Shown one piece after another: positions 13,611 to 24,253 of a stretch of 64,000 bases of DNA. This DNA comes from Podarcis liolepis (taxonomy: Eukaryota): the NCBI GenBank assembly GCA_965112155.1, contig OZ218102.1. One strand, written 5' to 3'. A program made the position numbers and the translations under genes. The notes beneath the pieces were generated by a model that saw only the letters and a list, made by a program, of their open reading frames with translations, ran no database searches and was not told the origin of the DNA. The first letter of the stretch is position 1; each line of letters starts with the position of its first letter.

Positions 13611-15486
13611 GACTAGATGATTCTCGTGGTTCCTTCCAACTCTACAATTCTATGATTCTATACTTTGCCACTGTGCAACTCTTTTGTCAGTAGTATTGTC
13701 AGTAATATATTGCCTGCAGCAGGTGGAATGTAGCAATGGCTGGAGCACCAAAGAGGTTGCTTACAAGGTCTTCCCTCCTTCATATAGCTACTATGGCCAT
13801 TCAGGTTAAACTCTCCTCTAAAGGTCTCTTGAGGGCCATGTATCACTCTGTAGAGTAGACAAACATCTGGAGGATGTTTATTTATTTAGAAGCAGCAATG
13901 CTATTTCAAGATACAAGTTGTAGCAAAGTCTCCTCTTTGTGCAGGAATAAAGCAAAAAATAAAATAAAATTCAAAGTGCCAGCAAAAAAAGTTTTCGCTT
14001 GGAATAAGTAAGAGAAGTTTCACTTAGCAGGAAGACTTTTGATCAGCTTTCACATGTGAAATCAAGAGGTTGATATTTAGCTGAAAAGACTGAAGAAAAG
14101 GAAAGTGTGTGTGTGTGTGAAAGGAGGGGAGGATATTTGCTTCGCAGAATATAGGAAAATGTCACAGAGGCCAATTAAATATAGTAGTGGATTTTGTAAA
14201 AGGACTACAGTGACATTTGCTGAAAATAAGGTTTGAAGTCACTGCCAATCAGCTGACTGGCAGTGTCCGATTAAATTTCCTTTGCCCGATTAAATTTCCT
14301 TTGCAGGTACAGTTTGAAGCCAATCTGTGCCTTCAAAGAAAACAGTGGGTCACCTTACACCATAGTGATGTCAGGTGTCTGGCAGGTGGGTGGCCCTGCC
14401 TATGTATCAAAGGGGGTCACAGTATGGGAGGGGGGAGCTCAGGATGTCACACATCAACCAGCTCCTGTTCCTCACCCCTGCCTTATGGGACAATGAAAGC
14501 AGGCCACTAGACGGTAATTTGGACTGCTTGGGTCAAATTAAGATGTGTATCACTGCCCCAGCAGATCAACAATTTTGCCAGTTTTTAAATGCCTTTAGAA
14601 CCCAAAATTAGATTTCTAGCTGCCTTCCTTGCCATTGTGGCTGTATGCAGTGTGGGGAGGTTGTCTCGGTGCTAAATTTGGCCCTGAAGCCTAGGCAGCG
14701 TCTGCAGCTCTAGACATTCTGCACCTGCTGAAATCAATAGAATCACTCCCACAGGCACACGGTAGTCTGCATTCTTTCATCTGTGCTAAATTTAAAGAGC
14801 TGCAGCTTAAATAGAAAGCCAAGGTGGGACTTCAGAAGCAATCATCACTATATAGCTTTGTCCCCAAAGCTACTAAGTTGTCCTCCTTGGACTTGAGGCT
14901 GCAACAGATGCAACGACAGCAAAATCTTCTGCATGCTCACTGAACTCCAGAATATATTCCACAGACTTGGACTTGCAAATGACAACATCTGCTGGAGATG
15001 TTCTGTGCCTTGGGGGACCGTAGTTCATATTTTATGGCCTTGGCCTGTCAGAGCTCCATTCTGGCAAGAAGCAGAGCTGTGAATTAGCTCCCCACCACCA
15101 CCCCACTGCCTTGATTCAGCTTTCATATTTTCTCCTTTTAACCTAAATTAAGGATATATGTCATTGACATTGAAGATTACACCATGTTGAAAAGTATGGA
15201 ACACACAAGCTTCTATGATAGCTCCCCAAAACAGGTTAACATTGAGCTCGGCAACCACTGAAACCTGATTGGAGGAACTATTAGACTTGTCAGTCAAATA
15301 ACAAATCCTACTGAATGGGTTCAGTCACAGGTTTGGGCTGTGCGTTGCTGAGGAGACTCCTTGGTGTTTGGCTACAGCGGCTTAGCATCCTTTCCCCTTA
15401 AAAGTCTTCAAACCAGCCTGGTGTACCATCTAGAGTCAACCTGGTGTTCTCCAGTTATTTTTGGACTCCAGACCCCACCATCCCTG

Positions 15487-15874
15487 TGTTGGGAAACTGC
15501 CAGGGAGATAGTGTCCATCATGAGCCCCCAAGCTGGAGTTCTGGACGTCCATCGGCCTCCCGTACTCACGCAGATCCAACAGTTAGCGACACGAAGCCTC
15601 TGGAAATTCCTAGCCACATTCCAGGGCTGGGTGTACACTGTTTATCAGCAGAAACACAGCCAAAAGCTTGCATCACAGAAGAGCATAATTTACAGACTTT
15701 ATTTAGCGTTTAACAGAACAAAAGAAAACACGTCCATTCTGTCAGCGTGTCTGAGCCGACTGAAAACGAAAGGAAACAACAGCAGACATAAACATCCTGT
15801 GACTAGGACATGCGCAGACTCTGTTACTTACAAAAGCCTGCTCCCTTTTAAGGTGGAACGGAAATATCCTAACA
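15487..15874 (-). repeat. 3' LTR of copia element
   Basis: Direct repeat of 20161-20548. Minus-strand AATAAA at 15698-15703. Confidence 0.97.
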
Positions 15875-18800
15875 TCCTCCCCCTTTCCGTGTAACCTGTT
15901 GTACCTGTGGTTCACCCAATTGCAACCTTTGTACATAAACCTTAAGTTGTTCTTTGTTAACAACCTTAGACAACAGATCAGCAGGAATTTCATTTCCTGG
16001 CATGTAGGACACCTGAATCAGTCCTTTCTGAATACACTCTCTTGCACGATGTAGCTTAATCTGCAAGTACTTGGTTCTCTGCTTGCAACTCTCGGAGTTC
16101 AGCAAAGCCAAACAAGATCTATTGTCTTGATACACTTGTACAGGACATTTCACAGACACCCTGATGTCCTTAAACAGTTGCATCAACCATTCACAATCCA
16201 TGAGTGAAAATGACAGAGCATTGAGTTCTGCTTCACAGGAACTTAGGCTCACTGTTGTCTGCTTCTTGCACAACCAGTCAAACAGGCAGTGGTTGTACAT
16301 GTAGCATACTCCAGAAGTGCTTGTACCATCCGTGGTGTCACTTCCAAAACTAGCATCTGCAAAGATTTCAAGACCTCCAGTCTTCTGACTGGTGAACCTC
16401 AGCCTGTAGTGCATAGTCCCTTTCAAATAGCGGGCTATGCGCTTCAGAGCTTTCCAATCCTGAACCGTAGGATTGTTGGCATGTCTGCTAAGCAGATTAC
16501 AGCTTACAGCTATATCAGGTCTTGAACATCTGGCAATGAAATTCAGCTTGCCTAGAATGCATCTGTACAGCGTTGTGTCTGAAAACACTTCAGCAGTACT
16601 GTCTACCTGGTAACCTGTCACCATCGGTGTGTCTGCTGGGTTTGCATCAACCAAATTCAACCTGGTTAGCACATCAGCAATTTTCTGTGTTTGGTGTACC
16701 AGAAAATTACCTGCTTGGTCCTTCTCCACCTGCAGAGAAAGATAGTTGGATACCTCACCAAGATCCTTCATGTCAAAGTGCTCCTTCAGTTGAGCTAGGG
16801 TGCTTTGGTAAAAAGCCTGATTCTTCCAAAACATCAGAAGATCATCAACAAAACATAAACAATACAGTTTGTTTTGCCCCTCTTCCTTGACAAACACACA
16901 TGGATCAGCTTTGCCCTGGTGAAAACCTAGAGAAAGCAATGTCTCAGTGAGTTTTGTGTTCCAACACCTGGCACTTTGCTTGAGACCATATAAGGATTTC
17001 CGCAGTTTACAGACCATTCCCTTCTGTATCTGCATCCCATCAGGTGGAAGCATGAACAGCTGTTCATTCAAAATCCCGTACAAAAAAGCTGTATTAATGT
17101 CGTGGTGGGAAACATGCAGTTTCTCCTCCGCAGCGACCTTGAGCATCAGCCGAATGCTCTCATATTTGACTGTGGGTGAGTAGGTCTCATGGTAATCCTG
17201 TCCTGGTACCTGTGAAAAACCTCTGGCAACCAATCTGGCTTTGTGTCTGACTACCTTGCCATTCTGGTCTGTCTTGGCCTTGAAGACCCATTTGCTGCCA
17301 ACCAGTCTCATTCCTGGGACTACCGGTACCAATTCCCAAGTTTGGTTCCTGTTCAAGGAATCAACTTCAGCCTTCATGGCATTAAGCCAAGGCTCAGCAT
17401 CTTTAGAGGTTAACTCCTGAACCTCTTTGAAGCTTGAAGGTTCCCACACCTTCTCTGAGCTACTAAGAACAGCTGTTGCTGTCTTAGCAAACTCATCAGC
17501 ATACCTCTTTGGAGGTCTGCCTTTGGTCGCCCTTTCAGATCTGCGTACTAGACGCAAGTCTTCTGGACTCATCTCCTCTTTCTTAGGAGAAAAGTGACCA
17601 ATGGTGAACAGTGGTTCTTCCAGTTCATTGTCAGACGCATCAGACGGTCTGACTGAGGCCTTTGCGCTCTGGTAGTCTGCTGTGTCATCACTTTCACTGA
17701 CATCAGCAGCAGCGCCGCCCACTGAACTGGAATCCGAACTCTGATCATCATCATCATCATCCTCATCATCAGCAGCTTTCTCATCTTTAGCTGCTTGCCT
17801 GACATCACCTTCATCCTCCTCTGGGTAACTCTGGAAAATTCCCACATTTTCCCCCCACTTAGGATTGTACTCAACACTCCTTGTGAACTTAATGGACTTA
17901 GAGTCAGTCATCCATACCCTGTATGCACCTTTTTCGTACCCCATGAACAAACCATGTGCCCCACGCTTCCCAAGCTTGTTGGTTTGTTGTGTGCGTACCC
18001 ACATGTCCGAACCAAAAATTCTCATGTGTTTGGTGTTGGGTTTCTTGCCAAACATCTTCTCATAGGGGGTACAACCAATGGGTGATGACAATCTGCGATT
18101 AACGGTATAAACCAAATTCCCCAGAGCTTCCCCCCAAAACTTATCAGGGAGATTGGCATCATGCAACAAGGTTTTGATTCCTTGCAGCAATGTTTGATTT
18201 GCTCTCTCCGCAAGCCCATTCATCCATGGCGATCTGGGGGTTGACATGTCATGCTGGATTCCCTTCTCAGTCAGGAAAGCTTCAAACTGCTGAGAAGTAA
18301 ACTCCCCGCCCCGATCAGTAAAAAAACAAGAAATACGTTTACCGTGCACATTCTCCAACCATGCACAGAATTCCTTAAACTTCGGAAACGCTTGCAATTT
18401 CTGTTCGAGCAAATACACATGAATGTACCTGGAAAAGGAATCAATCAGAATCATGAAGTACCTTGCTCCTCCTATAGAGGGCGCTAGTGGCCCAACCAGG
18501 TCTGCATGCACTAGCTGGTAGGGTTTGGAAGCCTGCCTGCTAGACTCCTTGCCTTTTGGAGCAACCTTCACCTTGTTCTCTGCACAAGATACACATTTCA
18601 TGTGAAATTTACAGGGTTTGATGTTCAAACCTTCAACCACCTCTGGCATCTTGGCCAGTGCCTTCCAAGAGAGGTGACAAAATCTTCGATGCGCATCATG
18701 AATGCAACCTGCATGAAGAACTTTGTTAGTTTGTGCAACACAACAAGAATCAGCATTAGAAACAATAGCAGTGTCATCATAAGTTATATGGAACAAACCA

Positions 18801-19924
18801 TCCATAAACTTTGCATGCAAATAGTCCTCTTTGCCTTTACTGATGACACAGACGCTCCTCTTGAAGGAAATCTGAAAACCACGCCCAGTAAGCTGTGGGA
18901 CACTCAACAAGTTGCTTGCAGCGCCTGGAACATATAGTACACCACTGATGGTTGTGTGCAAACTTGCAAGTTTCACAGTCCCTTCTCCTGCAATTTGCAA
19001 CGTCCTTCCATCAGCCAGGTGGATCTCACCTTCCTGAGGCTTGAAGGAGATAAAGAGGTGCCTGTCCTTCGAAACGTGGCGATTCGCACCTGAATCCACA
19101 ATAAATCTGCCTTTGGCTGTTGGAGCAGTCTTAACAGCAAGCAAACCCTTGTTTTGCAGCTTGCCCCCCTGCTGCTCCTGGCCAGCAGACGTGCCTTTAG
19201 CCTTTGGTGAAGCTGTGCCAGTAAACAACGCCTTGCTTTCCACTGGCGTGGGCTTTTGCAGCTTGCCCCCCTGCTTCTGGTCAGCAGACGTGCCTTTAGC
19301 CTTTGGTGAAGCTGTGCCAGCAAACAATGCTTTGTTTTTCCCTGGCGCCGCGGGCTCTTCACCCTCCCTCTGCTCCTGGCCATCTGCAGGTGTCTGCCTG
19401 TGGTTCTGTTTACCTTTGCCTATCCGGCCTCTGCAAAGGCGATGACCTTGGTTCTCACGAGAACCAGAGCTCTTAGCTGCCGACTCCTTGGCTCCCCCTG
19501 GAGGCTGGAATGCTGTCTGGGATGACGTGACGGTCAGCTCCCCCTGCAGCTTGCAACCGGTGCCCTCAGCATCCCTGCACTCAATCGCATTCTGGGAAAC
19601 AGCTAGGACCTCCGATGCAGTCAAACTCTGGGCTGGGATTATTGACTTGTGAGCTTTTTTTAAAGCATACCACATTGCACGTGCAGTGGTGTTGCCAGCC
19701 AGCGTCTTAATTTCCTCAAGAGATACGGATAAGACTATTATGTCCATCGCTCTCGAATCAGCTGATTTCCATTTCTCTGTCAGAGGAACTGGGGGGGCTT
19801 CATAAACAACATGCCACACCCCAAACTGACGCAGTAAACTCTCACACCATTTTGCCCAGGGTTCATAATTCTGCCCATCCAACTTAGGGCACTCAGCATT
19901 TCCATAAGCTTGGAAAAACCCCAT
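15869..19924 (-). CDS. Copia Gag-Pol polyprotein, 1351 aa
   Basis: Gag N-terminus KLDGQNYEPW..TARAMW; protease FIVDSGANRH; IN zinc finger HRRFCH..CVSC; IN DDE HADLVGP / TDRGGEF / NGLAERAN; RT KARLVARGF, HDINTAFL, KSLYGLKQ, FVDDLL; RNase H FADASF..EAE..YQDN..ADLLSK. Confidence 0.97.
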   Translation of the reverse strand: MGFFQAYGNAECPKLDGQNYEPWAKWCESLLRQFGVWHVVYEAPPVPLTEKWKSADSRAMDIIVLSVSLEEIKTLAGNTTARAMWYALKKAHKSIIPAQSLTASEVLAVSQNAIECRDAEGTGCKLQGELTVTSSQTAFQPPGGAKESAAKSSGSRENQGHRLCRGRIGKGKQNHRQTPADGQEQREGEEPAAPGKNKALFAGTASPKAKGTSADQKQGGKLQKPTPVESKALFTGTASPKAKGTSAGQEQQGGKLQNKGLLAVKTAPTAKGRFIVDSGANRHVSKDRHLFISFKPQEGEIHLADGRTLQIAGEGTVKLASLHTTISGVLYVPGAASNLLSVPQLTGRGFQISFKRSVCVISKGKEDYLHAKFMDGLFHITYDDTAIVSNADSCCVAQTNKVLHAGCIHDAHRRFCHLSWKALAKMPEVVEGLNIKPCKFHMKCVSCAENKVKVAPKGKESSRQASKPYQLVHADLVGPLAPSIGGARYFMILIDSFSRYIHVYLLEQKLQAFPKFKEFCAWLENVHGKRISCFFTDRGGEFTSQQFEAFLTEKGIQHDMSTPRSPWMNGLAERANQTLLQGIKTLLHDANLPDKFWGEALGNLVYTVNRRLSSPIGCTPYEKMFGKKPNTKHMRIFGSDMWVRTQQTNKLGKRGAHGLFMGYEKGAYRVWMTDSKSIKFTRSVEYNPKWGENVGIFQSYPEEDEGDVRQAAKDEKAADDEDDDDDDQSSDSSSVGGAAADVSESDDTADYQSAKASVRPSDASDNELEEPLFTIGHFSPKKEEMSPEDLRLVRRSERATKGRPPKRYADEFAKTATAVLSSSEKVWEPSSFKEVQELTSKDAEPWLNAMKAEVDSLNRNQTWELVPVVPGMRLVGSKWVFKAKTDQNGKVVRHKARLVARGFSQVPGQDYHETYSPTVKYESIRLMLKVAAEEKLHVSHHDINTAFLYGILNEQLFMLPPDGMQIQKGMVCKLRKSLYGLKQSARCWNTKLTETLLSLGFHQGKADPCVFVKEEGQNKLYCLCFVDDLLMFWKNQAFYQSTLAQLKEHFDMKDLGEVSNYLSLQVEKDQAGNFLVHQTQKIADVLTRLNLVDANPADTPMVTGYQVDSTAEVFSDTTLYRCILGKLNFIARCSRPDIAVSCNLLSRHANNPTVQDWKALKRIARYLKGTMHYRLRFTSQKTGGLEIFADASFGSDTTDGTSTSGVCYMYNHCLFDWLCKKQTTVSLSSCEAELNALSFSLMDCEWLMQLFKDIRVSVKCPVQVYQDNRSCLALLNSESCKQRTKYLQIKLHRARECIQKGLIQVSYMPGNEIPADLLSKVVNKEQLKVYVQRLQLGEPQVQQVTRKGGGC
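15875..15888 (-). promoter_or_regulatory. Polypurine tract
   Basis: Minus strand GGAAAGGGGGAGGA directly abuts the TGTTAGG start of the 3' LTR. Confidence 0.9.
19152..19340 (-). repeat. In-frame ~100-bp tandem duplication within gag
   Basis: KALFAGTASPKAKGTSADQKQGGKLQ and KALFTGTASPKAKGTSAGQEQQGGKLQ, plus a diverged partial third unit just before the protease. Confidence 0.9.
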
Positions 19925-20142
19925 TTCCAGCTTTTTGCTTTAGCCGTGAGTCCTTCTAAGCCTTCAAAGACTCCTTATCTCGGCAGCCCATTAATCATGA
20001 AGCCTTTCTGGCTCGGCTCCCAGGCCAATTAATCTGCCTTGCCGGAGATCAAAGAAAAGCGTCCCTTCTTTCTTTCGCTTTTCCCACAACATACCTCAAA
20101 CGCAGTCTGTTGCAGCTTTACTCTTCTGTAGGTGCCGTGAAT

Positions 20143-20156
20143 CTGGGCCCGAAACC
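20143..20156 (-). promoter_or_regulatory. Primer binding site, copia half-tRNA type (variant)
   Basis: GGTTTCGGGCCCAG, 4 nt inside the 5' LTR. Matches the classical copia PBS GGTTATGGGCCCAG (anticodon arm of initiator tRNA-Met) at 12/14 positions. Confidence 0.8.
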
Positions 20157-20160
20157 TTGT

Positions 20161-20548
20161 TGTTGGGAAACTGCCAGGGAGATAGTGTCCATCATGAGCC
20201 CCCAAGCTGGAGTTCTGGACGTCCATCGGCCTCCCGTACTCACGCAGATCCAACAGTTAGCGACACGAAGCCTCTGGAAATTCCTAGCCACATTCCAGGG
20301 CTGGGTGTACACTGTTTATCAGCAGAAACACAGCCAAAAGCTTGCATCACAGAAGAGCATAATTTACAGACTTTATTTAGCGTTTAACAGAACAAAAGAA
20401 AACACGTCCATTCTGTCAGCGTGTCTGAGCCGACTGAAAACGAAAGGAAACAACAGCAGACATAAACATCCTGTGACTAGGACATGCGCAGACTCTGTTA
20501 CTTACAAAAGCCTGCTCCCTTTTAAGGTGGAACGGAAATATCCTAACA
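20161..20548 (-). repeat. 5' LTR of copia element
   Basis: 388 bp. No difference from the 3' LTR seen by eye, and the ORF-track peptides over both copies are identical. Confidence 0.97.
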
Positions 20549-22543
20549 CCCTGATCATTGGCCACATTGGTTGGGCCTGATGGGAAGTGGAGCTCAGCCA
20601 AATTTGGAAGGCACCATGTTGGCTACCCCTGCTCTATAGTGAAAAGGTTTGGACTTAACAGATATGATCATAGCAATGCATTTAATGTCATCTTGTCTGA
20701 ATTTTTAGAATTCTCTGAATCCTGACTCTTTCCGTGCCTGTGTATTTGGTGTGGCTTCACACACCAGCGCTTTCATCCTCTCCATTTCTTCCCCCTTATT
20801 CTGACTCTTCCTATCCATCTCTTTCTCCTCTTCGGAGCTTGCTGAGTTTCTCTTTCAGAAGTGGGGCAGAACATCCAACTCTTACTTTTATAGGGAGGTT
20901 CATTTGTTTTGCACATTAGCATAGTCAGAAAAAATATCTAAAATGCGCAATATATATATCTTTTAAAAATGTTCCACTGTGGGTACAGTATCTTTCCTTA
21001 AAACTGGAAAGGCCCAGGTTCCACTGAGAAGAACCATATGGGGTTGCTGTGTGTCTTAATGTGCTCCATGATGTCTCCCTGCCCCCCAGGTTGGATCCTT
21101 GTAGTATATTAGTCATCTTACTACTCACTGCTCATCACAGTGATGTTTATTTGGCTAGTTCTGTTAGGCCATGAGTTAATTTCTTAGGAAAGGATCACTT
21201 CATGTGCACAGATACAACTAATTCCGTGTCATTTTTGTTTTGTTTAATATTGTCCACATTAAACTGTTGAAGTTGCCAGCCTAACATCACAGCGAGTTTC
21301 CTGCTGCATTTCCGATAGCCACTTTGTACTGTCTTGATATCCCTCGAAGCTTTGTATGGTTAAAGGTGTTTAGATACTTCCACTCCATCGAAAAGCACAC
21401 TGTCACAACTCCAAGTTTGTCTGAAAGCCTCACATTACAATGCAAAGGTAAGAGAGGGACCATCTCTTCCTCAGATTTGCAGTGCTTCCAGAGAAAATGT
21501 TTTGTTCTTTGATAGGGGCTAGAGTTTTAGATAAGTTCACGTTCTTTAAAAGATAATATATAGTCTCTTGCCCAATCTGAGACTGCAGTCCTGAAACTCC
21601 TTGCAGATATACAAATCCCACCAAGGGGTTATAAATGTCCAAGAATTGCAAGTCATTGAAAGACATGCTCTTGGGAGAGGGATTGAAATGAAGCCGAGTG
21701 ACACGTTTGTGGGAGAGTATCATTGCCTTGTATGTTAGACAAGAAGTGACATATCTATTACTGGGAAATCTAAAAGTTAGGCAAGCAGGAAAATGGCATA
21801 CCTTGCATATCCAGCTGGAGAGTGCAATGAATATTGAAGGGTAATCATGATAATCATTAATCGTGTTTGCTGAGAACTCCATTTTCATTTGTCTGGACTT
21901 TTGATGTTTTGAGTAGTGGGCATTTCTGTTTTCTGTGAGCATTTGTCTTGTCATCAAGTGAATCAAAGTGCAGCCTCTACGAACGTTTCGGTCTTGATTT
22001 TTCAAATCCAGTGCTGGTTGTAATCCAGGCTTTTAGCAAAAGCTTTTGAAGCTTATCCTGCCCCCCCCCACCCCGGTTTACGGCCCAGGGGGTCCTAATG
22101 ACATTGCTCACCAAGGGGGCAGGGAATGGTTACCGCCTACTCTAAAGAGTAGAAACATAGAGCTGAAATTTCTGCGTCTGCTGCTTTTGAAACTGCAGCA
22201 TTGCTCTATGAAAATAGATCCAGTTTGGCAATGTGCAAAACAGTGTTCTTGCACTATAATGATACAATTTTTCTTAGTGTTTTATCCATGCTATTATATA
22301 TTGATAAAGTCTGCATTGTAGCTAATCAATGCAGAGCAGTGGTTTTATTTGACAGCCATAATGAAGCATTATTCCAACTCTCTTCATCATGAGCTTACTT
22401 GCCAGACTTGTAGGCAGCGAAATTCTTGTTTTGTTTTGTTTTGTTTTGGACAGGGAAGGGGAAGGGTGATTTTATTGTTGCCATCCTGTTCACTTCCCCA
22501 TCATTCATTCTGCTTTTAGAAGTGCATCTCACTTGATTCCTCA

Positions 22544-22900
22544 CATACCCTCCAACATTTCTCCAATGAAAATAGGGATGTCCTATTCAATCTACTACTG
22601 CTACTAATATTTTTATGATTTATATCCAGACCATCTGACTGGGTTGCCCCAGTCACTCTGGGCAGCTTCCAACATATATAAAAATATCATAGAACTATAC
22701 AGGGCTTCCTTCAGCTGTCTTCTAAAGGTTGCATAATTAGTTATCTCCTTGATTCGGGGGTTGCATAACTCCATATCCTCCAATGTTTCTCCGATGAAAA
22801 TAGGGACGTCCTAAGAAAAAGCAAGACATTCTGGGATCAAATCAGAAGCCAGGATGACTTCTGTAAATCTGTCTGTAAACAAGGACACTTGGAGGGTCTG
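22544..22900 (-). mobile_element. Second copy of the composite MITE with captured L2 tail
   Basis: TIR CATACCCTCCAA / TTGGAGGGTCTG. Reverse complement is colinear with 7727-8381 once the SINE is removed. Confidence 0.75.
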
Positions 22901-24253
22901 TATTCAACAGTTGGTGACTGGCAGGTCTTGTGCTTTTGCGCTTGGAACCTGTTTGCAGGTTTCTCGTAGGCATCTGAGGGGCCACTGTGTCAAGAGGATG
23001 GACTGTTGGCCTGATCCAGGTGACTCTTCTTTTGTTCTTATGTTCTGATCTCCAGGTAAGGCTGAGGGAAAGCCTAACAAACTTTAGAGAGCTTCTGACA
23101 AAGCAGATAAAACTGAACTAGTAGGACCAGTGCTCTGACTTAGTATACCTGTTTTTCAGTAGTCATACTTGTGGCTGTAGGCAGTTAGGATGCTGAGGTG
23201 AATGTGTTTCTTTTCCTCATGCTGAGGCATGTCATGCTTGTAAATAACATAAAAATTGGGTCTTAGAAGGCCTAAAAAGTTAATGGCTCCTGTCACCCTC
23301 TGTGGCTAGAGTGTTGGAATTGCTTGCAACTTCTCCTCACAGGAAGGCATATTTTACTCTGGAAAATCATTCATGTAACTGAAGCAAGTGACGGTGCTTA
23401 TTGCAAATGGTTTGCGTTGGCGGATTAGAACCAGAGTGCAATGCTTTTCAGTTTCAAGCCCCCGTCAGTTTAATTCAGCCACTTATGCTTGCATTGTACA
23501 CTGAATGTGTCTAGGCTTCCTCTTGAACTGGATTCTTTGTAGACAGAACCTTGATAAACAGAAAACTGAATCGTCTACAAATGATAATACTTGGCATTTA
23601 AAATAGCACGTTTCAAGTGGAGTTGGATGAATCTGTCAATTTCAGTTTCAGTTTCTCATTTTTACAGTCTGCAGTTTGCTTTATCGCCGCATGTGTTTGT
23701 GATTCCCCCCCCCCCATATAAAAATCTCGGCATGAAAACATATGCACACCTTTGTGCACATTTCTCCCAGCATATGCATTTTTTTTGCATACATTTCTCC
23801 CCTGATGGAATGCATTTTTGTACTTTATTTTCAATAATACAAGCATTTTCAAAAATAGATGCATTCTCCACAAATATACCCATTTTTTAAAATAAAATTG
23901 CGTTGGAGAAATGTATCACTGTAGTTGGAAAATTTTGAAGGAGAGCTGTGTTTCAATTTATGTATTGATTCAGGAGGAGCAAATTTAGCAGACTCGGGCG
24001 GTAAACAAATTTCTTCTCTACCCTTTAATCTCTCTGAAGTTCTTCACACGCAATAACCCTTTAGGGTAGATAGTATTATTACCCTCATGCTGCCATTGAC
24101 AGCGGCTTGCTTGCCTTATGAGTCTAAGCTGTGTTTTTCTAGTCGCCAACTATTATTTTCCTGGTTCAACTAGTAAACCATCTGACAGTTAACCAGTACT
24201 GGACCTAGAAAAACCAGTACATCTCAGACAAAAGCTTCCCACCTCTATTTAGA

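Larger units (their letters stand above)
15487..20548 (-). mobile_element. Full-length Ty1/copia LTR retrotransposon, recently inserted
   Basis: Two 388-bp LTRs (TG...CA), 5-bp TSD CCCTG (15482-15486 and 20549-20553), PBS, PPT, and an uninterrupted ORF in the copia domain order PR-IN-RT-RH. Confidence 0.98.

Noticed and set aside
14267-14304. 19-bp exact tandem duplication CCGATTAAATTTCCTTTGC
   Set aside because: Ordinary slippage-type duplication with no further structure.
15361-15894. 177-aa plus-strand ORF, repeated at 20110-20580, as an accessory or env gene
   Set aside because: It is the antisense reading of the LTR, starts in unrelated flanking DNA in each copy, and has no recognisable motif.
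21375-21451. Possible exon ending AAAG/GTAAGA
   Set aside because: Good donor but weak acceptor and an unrecognised peptide, so insufficient support.
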